The notes below the pieces were generated by a model that was not told where the DNA came from, did no database searches, and saw only the letters and a program-made list of their open reading frames with translations. DNA of 64,000 nucleotides from an uncultured Planctomycetia bacterium (GTDB lineage: Bacteria > Planctomycetota > Planctomycetia > Pirellulales > Thermoguttaceae). The stretch is taken from assembly GCA_963727245.1 (NCBI GenBank), contig CAVSFO010000019.1:4371-68370 (forward strand). Direction: 5' to 3'. Position numbers and translations under genes: made by a program. Numbering within the stretch: the first letter of the stretch is position 1; every line of letters starts with the position of its first letter. Positions 18,140-26,801 of this stretch are shown in pieces.

Positions 18140-19289
18140 CTACGCCTCGGCCAACGTTTTCACGATCACCACGGTAATGTCGTCCTGGTGCGGTTGATTG
18201 CGGCAGAAGCCGATGACTTCGTCGTAGAGGGCACGGATGATTTGCCGCGCCGGGTTGTCGCGCTCGCTGCGAATGACCTCCAACGCGCGGCCGACGCCGA
18301 AGCGGACCCGGCCGGGCGATTCCGCCTCGATCAAGCCGTCGGTGAAGAAGGCCATGATGTCGCCCGCGAGCAAGGCCATCGCCGGCACGGCGGGGACCAC
18401 CGTTTCCGCCTCGACGCCCAGGGGAATGCTGGTGCTGTCCAAGACGGTGACGTTGCCGGCCGCATGGAGCAGGTAGCCCCGCTGCCCGGCGCTGGCGTAC
18501 TCGAAAGAGCGCTGGCGGTGATCGAGACGCACCAGCGCCAAGGTGACGAAGTGGAAGTCGCCGGTATCGACCGCCAGGACGCGGTTGGCGCAGGTGAGGA
18601 TATCGCCGGCGTCGCACTGGGTCTGCGCCAGGGTCCGCAAGCAGGCGCGGGTTTCCGACATCAGCAGGGCGGGGCCCATGCCGTGGCTGCTGACGTCGCC
18701 GAGCACGATCCCCAGGCAGCCGTCCACCATGGAGATGTAGTCGAAGTAATCGCCGGCGGCATCCTTGGCGGGATACAGGGCGCCGGCGATGTCGAAGCCC
18801 GGCAGCGCGGGAGATCGCAGCGGGTAGAGGCGTTGCTGGATTTCCTGGGCCGCCCGGAACTCTTCCGAAGCGTCGCGGAGCGCCTCTTCGGCGCGGCGTC
18901 GCCGGCTGCGCTCGATGGCATAACGGATGGAGCGCACCGAGCAGGTTGTCGTCGACTTTCCCTTTCACGAGGTAATCTTGGGCGCCGGCCTGGACCGCCT
19001 TGATGGCCGCCGTCTCGTCGTCGTAGCCGGAGAGCACGACGATGGGCACGTCGGCGGCGTGGGCGTGCATGACGAAGAAGGTTTCCAGGCCGCGGCTGTC
19101 GGGCAGCGTGAGGTCCAGGAGGATGATGTCGAAGGAGCCCTCCTTGCAGCGCTCGACGCCCGCCGAAAGCAACTCCACGTGGGCCAGCTCGAAGGGGCCG
19201 TCCCAGCGGTCGGCCAGCAGGTTGCGCATGACCCACACGTCGTCGGGATCGTCTTCCACCAGCAGAATGCGGATTCGTTGGCGCGGCAT
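18140..19289 (-). CDS. Response-regulator receiver fused to a PP2C/SpoIIE-type phosphatase (RsbU-like), with one apparent 1-nt insertion.
   Basis: The receiver domain (ILLVEDDPDD...ILLDLTLPD...) is in ORF 17817..19289. The PP2C part (ALYPAKDAAGDYFDY...GDVSSHGMGPALLM...FFTDGLIEA) is in ORF 18140..18937. The join ...VDDNLL|VRSIRYAIERS lies near 18935. Confidence 0.8.
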
Positions 19290-19304
19290 GGCGGCCCTTG
19301 ACCC

Positions 19305-19748
19305 TCAATCCCGGCCCGGCGGTTCGACCGTCTCGAACCAATACTTGGCCAGGGTATCCATCAGATCGACCAAGGCGCGGAACGTCACCGGCTTGGTCAG
19401 GTACGAGTTCACTCCCATCCGATACGCGTATTCGATGTCGCCGTGGTCCGTGGAGGTGGTCAGGACGACGACGGGGATCTGCTTGAGGCGGGCGTCGCCT
19501 TTGAGTTCCCTCAGCGCCTCGCGGCCGTCCATCTTGGGCATTTTCAGGTCCAGCAGGATGAGGTCGGGCAGGGGGGCGGCGCCGGCCGGGGCGTAGGGGC
19601 CGCGGCGGTGCAGATAGTCCAGCAGATCCTCGCCGTCGCGGACGACGCGGAGGTCGTAGTCGCGGCCGTTCTCGACCAGGGCCTCGCGCACCAGCAAGCA
19701 GTCGTCGGCATCGTCGTCGGCCATGAGGATGACGCCCGCTTTTCGCAT
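19305..19748 (-). CDS. Stand-alone CheY-like response regulator.
   Basis: DDD acidic pocket, phospho-acceptor region LILLDLKMPKMDG, then TTS and K (YLTKP). Confidence 0.9.
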   Translation of the reverse strand: MRKAGVILMADDDADDCLLVREALVENGRDYDLRVVRDGEDLLDYLHRRGPYAPAGAAPLPDLILLDLKMPKMDGREALRELKGDARLKQIPVVVLTTSTDHGDIEYAYRMGVNSYLTKPVTFRALVDLMDTLAKYWFETVEPPGRD

Positions 19749-19751
19749 CGC

Positions 19752-21311
19752 TTACCCCGCCTTTCCGCGCTGCACGACCGGCAGCAGCACCTCGAAGGTC
19801 GAGCCCTTGCCGGGGCTGCCCTGCGCGCTGATCTTGCCGCCGTGATGTTCGGCGATTTTCCGGCAGATGGCCAGGCCGATGCCCGTTCCCTGGTAGACCT
19901 CGCGGGGGTGCAGGCGCTGGAAGATGCCGAAGATGCGCTCCTGGTGGCGGGGATCGAAGCCGATGCCGTTGTCCTCGACGGTGATGCGGCACATCTCCCC
20001 GGCCGGCAGCCTTTCCCCCTCGCGGCGGGCGTGCGGCGCCACGTAGCGACCCTCGATCTTGACGACGGGGGCCTCCTCCGGGCGGCGGAATTTCAAGGCG
20101 TTGCCGATGAGGTTTTGCAGCAACTGCCGCATCAGCAAGGGATCGGCCTGGATCGTCGGCAGCTTGCCCGCCTCCACCCGCCCCCCCGCCTGCTCGATCT
20201 GCACCTCCAGGTCGGAAACGACTTCGCGCACGATCTGCGCCAAATCGACGGGGACGAATTCCCTGCTGCGGGTGGTGACGCGGGAGAGCGTCAACAGGTC
20301 GTCGATCAAGCTCTGCATCCGCGCCGCGGCGCTCTGCATCCGCTCGACGCACTCGCGGCCGGTCTCGTCCAACGCCTCCTTGCACTTCAGCTCCAGGCGA
20401 TCGCCGAAGGTGCGGATCTTGCGCAGCGGCTCCTGCAGATCATGCGACGCCACGTAGGCGAATTGTTCCAGGTCGCGGTTGGATCGCTCCAGCTCGGCGG
20501 CGTAGCGGGCCTGCTCCTCCTCCGCCTTCTTCCGCAGGCTGATGTCGCGGAGGAAGAACGTCAGCACCGGCTCGCCCTGCTCATGGCTGAGGGTCATGGC
20601 CATTTCGGCGGGAAAGGTCTCGCCGCTGGCCCGCACCGCCGTCACTTCCACCCGCTTGCCCAGCATCGATCCCTCGCCCGCTTCCAGGTAGCGCTCGATG
20701 CGGTTGCGCTGGCCGGCGCTGGCCGAAGGGGGGAAGAGCACGTCCGCCGGCCGCGTCCCCAGCACCTTGTCGCGGGAGTGGCCGAACGCCTGCTCGGCCG
20801 CCCGATTGAACTCGGTGATGATCCCCTCGTGATTGATGGTGAGGATCGGGTCCAGCGACGATTCGAGGATGGCGTGTTTGCGGGCCTGCGATTCCTCCAG
20901 CGACTCGCGGAGCCGGTCCCAGGGGCCGGCGTCGCGGTGCAGGACGGCCAGGCAGGTCGGTTTGTCGCTTTGCGGCGTCTTGACGCGAAACATGATCGTC
21001 TGCACCGCCAGCAGCTCGCCGCTCTTGCGGTTGCGCAACTGGCTGCGGCCCTCCCAGTGCCCGCTGCGATTGACCGCCGGCACCGCCACGTCGCGGAGTT
21101 CCTTCCACGAGTCCTCGGAGTAGTAGTCGTGCAGGCTGCCCGAGGGGACGGGCTCCTCTTCGCCCAGGCCGATCATGCGGCGGGCGGCCAGATTGAAGTA
21201 GAAGGGCTCGCCGTGGGAGGTGGCCAGGCAGATGAAGTCGGCGGTCGAATCGGCCAGCGCGCGGCAAATCGAGTCGTTATTGGCGATCAGCACGTCCAGC
21301 AACTCGCTCAT
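19752..21311 (-). CDS. Cytoplasmic dual-PAS sensor histidine kinase.
   Basis: Two PAS-like segments, H-box FAYVASHDLQEPLRKI, N-box LLQNLIGNALKF, and G-boxes DNGIGF and GTGIGLAICRKI. No TM segments. Confidence 0.9.
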   Translation of the reverse strand: MSELLDVLIANNDSICRALADSTADFICLATSHGEPFYFNLAARRMIGLGEEEPVPSGSLHDYYSEDSWKELRDVAVPAVNRSGHWEGRSQLRNRKSGELLAVQTIMFRVKTPQSDKPTCLAVLHRDAGPWDRLRESLEESQARKHAILESSLDPILTINHEGIITEFNRAAEQAFGHSRDKVLGTRPADVLFPPSASAGQRNRIERYLEAGEGSMLGKRVEVTAVRASGETFPAEMAMTLSHEQGEPVLTFFLRDISLRKKAEEEQARYAAELERSNRDLEQFAYVASHDLQEPLRKIRTFGDRLELKCKEALDETGRECVERMQSAAARMQSLIDDLLTLSRVTTRSREFVPVDLAQIVREVVSDLEVQIEQAGGRVEAGKLPTIQADPLLMRQLLQNLIGNALKFRRPEEAPVVKIEGRYVAPHARREGERLPAGEMCRITVEDNGIGFDPRHQERIFGIFQRLHPREVYQGTGIGLAICRKIAEHHGGKISAQGSPGKGSTFEVLLPVVQRGKAG

Positions 21312-21369
21312 GGGCCGGCAACCCCCCCGCTATTGATTATGGCCCGCTTCGCCCGGGTGTCAAGAGACG

Positions 21370-23130
21370 CTAGCGGTCCGGCCGCTCCAGCGCGTAGCGG
21401 TAATAGACTTCCAGCGTCAAGATGGCTAAGGCCGTGCTGTAGATGCGTCCGCCGCTCGAGCCCCAGCGGTCGGAAGGGTCCCAACTTCCCCGCTCGCACC
21501 CCTGGTGTTTCTGCAGCTTGATGACGGTGTCGCGGACGCAGTCGTTCCACGTCTTCCAGGGCTGGCCGCCCGCCAGGAACATGGCCAGGGTGCAGTTGTA
21601 CCACAGGTAATAATCGCGTATTTTCGGGGGACCGTCTGGCGGGAATTCTCGTTGGGCAAAATCGGCCAGGTAGCGGGCGGCGTCCTTGACCAAGGGGGCG
21701 TCGGGTTGGTCGAAAAGAAACTGCCTGGCCAACATGCCCACGCCCGTGGTCGCCTCGGTCTCCAGCGTCCGGTTGTCGGCGTAGCCGGTACGCCCGTTCT
21801 GGCCCGTCTGCCGGGCCTGGAAGAACTTGCGCACCTTGGCCAGGCAGCCGGCGTCGGGGGGGATGCCGGCTTCCCGGGCCGACTTCAGCGCCAACACCTG
21901 CCAGCCCGTGACCGACGAATCGCTGGGATCCTTGAGCTTGCCCTCATAACGCCCGCCTCCATCGCGCCAGCCGCCGTCGAGGTGCTGGTTCTCCTCGATG
22001 AACTCCACGGCCTTGTGGAGCCCCTGCAGGTAGCGCGGCTGCGGCGACTCGTGCAAGGCAATCGCGGCCGCACAAGCATCGCCCAGCGCGAACGCGGCAA
22101 TGCCGTGCTCGTACATGAAGTTCTTGTGGTATGCGCCCCGTTTGGCGACGGGCAAGGAGCCGACCAGTGCGCCATCGTCCTTTTGATGGTCCACGATCCA
22201 GTCGAGGGCCTTGCCGACCGCGGCGGAATACTTGGTGTCGTTGAAGTAGTAATGTCCGCCGGCCTGGAAGGCCAGCACCGCCAGTCCGGTATGGGCCATT
22301 TCGAAGGTCCCGCCCCCGTCCGTGCAGGGCGAAGTCTTCTCGCACCGCGACTCCGCACCCCTGCCCAGGCAGCGGCTGGACCACGAGCCGTCGGCCGCCT
22401 GGTGTCGGGCGAGCCAATCCAAGCCGTCGCCGACCGCCTGTTCGCTGATGGGTGTGCCGCCAAGCTTGCCGATCCACTCCGCGCGGCCGGCCCGGGTCCG
22501 CCGGCTGTACAGTCCGGGCGCCGCCTCGCTGCCCGCATCCTCGACCGCCACATTGCCCCCTGCCGGGACAATCGCTTCCGGCACGGCCGGCCGGGCCGTC
22601 GCCAGCGACCAACCGTCGCGAGAGACGACTTCAATCGCCTCCCCCGTCTTCAGCCCCTCGATCTGCCAACGCACCTTCCGCTCGCTTCCCACGTCCTCGG
22701 GGCGGACGTGGATGGACATTTCCGCCGCCGGGCGGTCCTCGCTCGCGTGCCGCAGGGTCACGGTCCCGCTGCTCCGCGGGACATACGTCACGCCCAGGCT
22801 CTCGGGCTCGAGCCAGTCGCGGCTGAGTTTCAATTCGCCAAGCTGGGCATAGCGCATCGCCTCAGCCGCCTGGTGGGACCACCAGCAGGCCAGCCCCAAG
22901 ACAGCCGCAGCCCCTGCGGCGGCGATCCAGGCCACGGCCCGCCGCCGGCGGCGGCCGGGCTCGTCAGCCGGACCGGCAACCGGCAGCGGCGGCGACGGTG
23001 ACGATGGTGGCGGCGGTGGAGTGGAACTCGCCCACGCTTGCCCCGCTGCAAGCGAACCTCCGCAGCCCGGATACGGACAGGCCGCCGCATCGTCAGGGTA
23101 CTCTCGGCCGCATCGTTGGCAAAGTGTCAT
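21370..23130 (-). CDS. Zinc-ribbon plus single-TM anchored prenyltransferase/terpene-cyclase-like alpha-toroid protein, paralog 2.
   Basis: N-terminal CQRCG...CPYPGC, a Pro-rich stretch, and the TM AVAWIAAAGAAAVLGLACWW. Toroid-type repeats follow (LDWLARHQAADGSW, LDWIVDHQKDDG, FIEENQHLDGGW). The C-terminus is GRIYSTALAILTLEVYYRY. Confidence 0.75.
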   Translation of the reverse strand: MTLCQRCGREYPDDAAACPYPGCGGSLAAGQAWASSTPPPPPSSPSPPLPVAGPADEPGRRRRRAVAWIAAAGAAAVLGLACWWSHQAAEAMRYAQLGELKLSRDWLEPESLGVTYVPRSSGTVTLRHASEDRPAAEMSIHVRPEDVGSERKVRWQIEGLKTGEAIEVVSRDGWSLATARPAVPEAIVPAGGNVAVEDAGSEAAPGLYSRRTRAGRAEWIGKLGGTPISEQAVGDGLDWLARHQAADGSWSSRCLGRGAESRCEKTSPCTDGGGTFEMAHTGLAVLAFQAGGHYYFNDTKYSAAVGKALDWIVDHQKDDGALVGSLPVAKRGAYHKNFMYEHGIAAFALGDACAAAIALHESPQPRYLQGLHKAVEFIEENQHLDGGWRDGGGRYEGKLKDPSDSSVTGWQVLALKSAREAGIPPDAGCLAKVRKFFQARQTGQNGRTGYADNRTLETEATTGVGMLARQFLFDQPDAPLVKDAARYLADFAQREFPPDGPPKIRDYYLWYNCTLAMFLAGGQPWKTWNDCVRDTVIKLQKHQGCERGSWDPSDRWGSSGGRIYSTALAILTLEVYYRYALERPDR

Positions 23131-23181
23131 TGGTTTCCGTGGCGGGAGCCTGCCATCCTACCGGCTGCCGGTGGAAGAGGG

Positions 23182-23863
23182 CTACGGGCGGGTCTCGACG
23201 ACCTTCGTCGCCGACGCACTGCTGATCGCTTGCAGCCGAGCCAGCGCCCGCTGCTTCAATTCTCCCGATGCGCGACGGGCGGCCATCTGGTAATAAATGC
23301 GGGCGACCTTGGACTTGCCGTCGATCTCGGCCTGACGGGCACGGTCGAAGAACTTCTGCGCCTCGTCCGCACGGGTCTGCCGCAGGGCCGCGCCGAACCG
23401 CCTCGGCCGCCACCGCGGCCGCCGCCTCGGACTCCGTCTCCTGGCGGGCCCTTGGCGCCCAGTTTCCCGCCAGGGCGGCCGGGCCGTGCCCCTGGACATC
23501 TGCCCCCGCCTCCCCGCGCCGATGATGCTCCGCAAAGGACGAAGCGGGCTCGCCCAGCAACGCCTCGTCCATCGCCGCGAAGTCGTGGATCGTCGCCGTC
23601 ACCCGGGCGCCGGCCGCCGTGCGGCTGCTGCCGATGGACCGGTCGCCGAACAGCGGCAACGGAAAGCCGAACTGATTTTGCGAGTCCTGCGATTGCGACA
23701 TCCCGCCCAGGAAGCCGCTGCCGCTGTCGGGGACCGAAACGGTAGTATCGACGGAGAAGAACGAGTAGGTCGGCAACTGCACCGCGGTGGCCTGCGCCAG
23801 GGCGGGACCGGCCGCCACGGCCAGCCCTGCCATGATGAACCACCGTATCACTCGCGGTTGCAC
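23182..23863 (-). CDS. Small secreted protein with a secretin-C-terminus-like segment, with one apparent frameshift.
   Basis: Signal peptide ...AAGPALAQA. The segment TVSVPDSGSGFLGGM resembles the secretin-domain tail. The C-terminus continues in ORF 23182..23535 (...ALRQTRADEAQKFFDRARQAEIDGKSKVARIYYQMAARR...). The break lies near 23390-23420. Confidence 0.5.
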
Positions 23864-23879
23864 GATGCCACCCTAAAGG

Positions 23880-26537
23880 CTAGGCGATCTCGAACGTGCG
23901 GATCTTCCACGGGTCAATCTTAAACTGGAGTTGGCCGCCTTGCAAGGCCGCGTCCGCCCGCTTGACGCCCAGCAGGTCGGTTTCCACCGCCTGGGTGTGG
24001 GGGACGCCCAGGGTGATCTGGGCGTCGCCGGTCCGCCCGTCCACCTCGACCGCCCGCAACTCCAGCTTGCCGCCGGGCTTGCGGCGGAAGGCCGTCACCA
24101 TGACGTTGCTCGGGCCGGCGGCCAGGAAACTCTTGCTCGTAGGCAGCTCGCCTTGCTGGGGGGCGGCGACGCGGCTCAACAGCGGCTGCGTCAGGGCCGC
24201 GGCGGCCCGCAGACGGTCGGCATTGCAGAATTCCGGCTTCCCTGCGCCGGGAACGTGCGGCAGGAGGGCATGGCGGTATTCCGAGTAAATCGGCCAGCCG
24301 AAGATGTCCTGCGTCCAGAACGACTCCCATTCCCGTATCAGGAGGTTCGAGATCCCGCTGCCTTCATCGCGGCGGAAGAATTGCGTGCCCGCGTGCAACC
24401 ACAGCAACCCGGCGTCCTTGCCTACCAGGTCGACGAACGTCAGGCCGTGGAGTTTCGGCTTTTGCGTCGGCTCGACGCCCAGCGGGTAATCGCGCACCAG
24501 CGTGCTCACCGGGAACGAAGGCACCAGCGAGAACCAGTACCCCTGCTTGATGATGGCGGGAGGATAGGGGTCCGGCGGGGGCGGGACATGCGTCAACATG
24601 CGGCTGTAGATCACCACGCACGGCGAGCCGGCCGCCAGGCTGATGCGGGTCTCGAACTGCAACTCGGGCATCTTGTGCTGGGCCCGCACTTCGGCACGCA
24701 CCGGGCCCTTGGCCAGCCAGTCGATCGATGCCCCCGACTTGGCGCTGTCGTAGAACTCGGGAGGATTGCGGCCCATCAGCTTCGCCATGGCGAGGTTCGG
24801 CTTCCCCGTGAACCGCGGGAAAGCCCCCTTGCGGGCGTCCAGCATCTCGCGGCCGGAGGCCTTATGCACCAGGCTGACGATGCCGCCGGTGTCCGGGGCC
24901 AAGCGGACACGCAGGTGTTCGTTCTCAAGTGTCAGCTTCGGCTCGTCGATCTTCAGATCGGTCGCCACCGGCGGGACCGCCGTGGGGCTGAAGTCCAGGT
25001 AATACGTGTCGTAGCCGGCGCTGGGCACCTTTTGGGCCTGGAAGGCGACGTCCGCCACAATCAGGTCGCCGGTTTTCAGGTCCCGGCTGCTGCTGCGGAC
25101 GATCTGGGAGGGGACCGCCTTGCCGGCGCGGTCCCTGACGACGAGGTCCTTGGTGCCCGCCGGCAGCGGGTACAGTCGCCCCGTGCTGACCACGTCGGTC
25201 CGCGGCCAGGCGTGGGGATTGAGCACGGTGACGGCCAGCGGGCCGCGGGCATCGGTGGCACTGCCGATCCGCCGGCTCAGGCCCGTCAGCGTGGCGTCCA
25301 TCGCCTGTTGGCCCTGTTTCTCGGCGGCGTCGAGGTAACTGAATCCTATGGAACCCCAGGTGGAATTGTGGTTGTCTTCCAGTCGGTCCGCCGCGGCGAA
25401 GTTCTCGCCCTGCCAGCGGGCATACTCGCACAACCCCACGTCGTGGCTCTGCGAGGTCATCAAACCCTTCCACGCGTTTTCCAGCAGGCCGGCCTGCGAC
25501 CTGGCCCCCAGCGCCGAGGCGGCGGCGTCGAAGACCTCGGCGGCCAGCAGCAGCCCTTCCACCTTGCGTTGCATGATGCGGACCTGGTCGCCGCCCAGTC
25601 CCCAGGTGCACGACTTGTTCCAGGCGTCCATGGGAAGGAGGATGGTTTCCTTGGCCTCCGAGCCGTACTTGTCGAGATACTCGCGGAGGGTGACAAACGC
25701 GACGCGAGCCCCCTTGGCCAGGCCCTTGTACCTCGCCGGCGCGGACAGGTAGGCCGGCGACTCCGGTGATTCATAGCCGAACTCCGCGAACCAAAGGACC
25801 AAGGGCGTGCCAAGCTTCTTGAGCTTCTTGAATTCCTCCCATTGGAGCAACTGCTTCGGGTCGTCGGTCGGGGGGGCGAACAGGGCGTTCTTCGGCACCG
25901 TGAGGATCGTCGTGCCGTCGATCCCTTTCCAGTAAATGGCGTTGAAGTCCATGCGCGGGCAGCCCGCCGAGCCCCAGGTGTTCACCTGCGAGAGGCTGGC
26001 GTACTTGTATCCGGCCAGCGCACAGAGCTGCGGCAGTTGTGGATGCGTGAACTCCTCCTCGTGGAGCATCGTGGTCATGTCATACCCCAGTGCCTTGCGG
26101 ATCGTCTCCCGGCCCACGACGATCTGCCGGATGTTCGATTCGCTGCCGATGGTGGTCCCCATCGGCTGGGCATAGCTGCCGCCGATCAACTCGAGCTTGC
26201 CCGCCGCCAGGTTCTTGACCAGCCTCGCGGCCACCTCGGGGAACTTCTCCGCCATGAATTCGTAGCAGCGGGCGTCCATCTCCAGGCAGGTCTTCACGTG
26301 GGGCTCGCGGTTGACCATCTCCATGGCGTCTGTGACCGCCAGCACGCACGACTCGATGCCCAGTTGCCAACCAATGCCGATGTAGCTCCAATGGTTGTAG
26401 AGGGCAACGCAGAAGTCGGGCGCCTGGGCGGGCGCCGCGCCGGCGAGGCGAGTCAGCAGCGGCAAGGCCACCACGCCCCCCACACCCGCGGCCAGACTGG
26501 TTTTCAGGAAACGCCGTCGCGACGAAAGCTTGCTCAT
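23880..26537 (-). CDS. Tat-signal glycoside-hydrolase-like protein (distant GH38 alpha-mannosidase-like N-terminal domain), copy 1.
   Basis: Twin-arginine motif SRRRFLKTSLAAG. GGSYAQPMGTTIGSESNIRQIVVGRETI resembles the GH38 GGxWvE.D...S.iRQ...G block. The canonical HxHxD and D-nucleophile blocks are not obvious. 885 aa counted from the ATG at 26537. Confidence 0.65.
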   Translation of the reverse strand: MSKLSSRRRFLKTSLAAGVGGVVALPLLTRLAGAAPAQAPDFCVALYNHWSYIGIGWQLGIESCVLAVTDAMEMVNREPHVKTCLEMDARCYEFMAEKFPEVAARLVKNLAAGKLELIGGSYAQPMGTTIGSESNIRQIVVGRETIRKALGYDMTTMLHEEEFTHPQLPQLCALAGYKYASLSQVNTWGSAGCPRMDFNAIYWKGIDGTTILTVPKNALFAPPTDDPKQLLQWEEFKKLKKLGTPLVLWFAEFGYESPESPAYLSAPARYKGLAKGARVAFVTLREYLDKYGSEAKETILLPMDAWNKSCTWGLGGDQVRIMQRKVEGLLLAAEVFDAAASALGARSQAGLLENAWKGLMTSQSHDVGLCEYARWQGENFAAADRLEDNHNSTWGSIGFSYLDAAEKQGQQAMDATLTGLSRRIGSATDARGPLAVTVLNPHAWPRTDVVSTGRLYPLPAGTKDLVVRDRAGKAVPSQIVRSSSRDLKTGDLIVADVAFQAQKVPSAGYDTYYLDFSPTAVPPVATDLKIDEPKLTLENEHLRVRLAPDTGGIVSLVHKASGREMLDARKGAFPRFTGKPNLAMAKLMGRNPPEFYDSAKSGASIDWLAKGPVRAEVRAQHKMPELQFETRISLAAGSPCVVIYSRMLTHVPPPPDPYPPAIIKQGYWFSLVPSFPVSTLVRDYPLGVEPTQKPKLHGLTFVDLVGKDAGLLWLHAGTQFFRRDEGSGISNLLIREWESFWTQDIFGWPIYSEYRHALLPHVPGAGKPEFCNADRLRAAAALTQPLLSRVAAPQQGELPTSKSFLAAGPSNVMVTAFRRKPGGKLELRAVEVDGRTGDAQITLGVPHTQAVETDLLGVKRADAALQGGQLQFKIDPWKIRTFEIA

Positions 26538-26657
26538 TGCTACATTCTCCTGGAAAAATATCACGCCGGATGCCAAAGTGCGCCACGATGGTAGCTTGAA
26601 CCCCCGTCGCCGCGCAGGTAAGCAAGGCGCCGCGCGGCTAAGAAGCTATTCAAAAGC

Positions 26658-26773
26658 TCCCCTCTCCCTTTGGGAGAGGGGTCGGGGGTGAGGGCAGTGT
26701 GGGCTGCATCTAGAAATGACAGATTCCTCACCATTTGCCCTCACCCTAACCCTCTCCCGGAGGGAGAGGGGAC
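26658..26773. repeat. Inverted pair of the GGGAGAGGG..GGGTGAGGG repeat family.
   Basis: tcccctctccctttgggagaggggtcgggggtgagggc (26658-26695) faces gccctcaccctaaccctctcccggagggagaggggac (26737-26773). Further copies lie at 36736-36772 and 49927-49993. Confidence 0.75.
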
Positions 26774-26801
26774 TATGGGACTTGCTCTTTCGAGATAGTT
26801 T

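Noticed and set aside
17817-19289. 490-aa ORF taken at face value as one protein.
   Set aside because: Only the first roughly 118 aa (the receiver domain) look like protein. The rest is Arg/Pro/Gly-rich out-of-frame read-through. The PP2C domain is in the adjacent frame (18140-18937).
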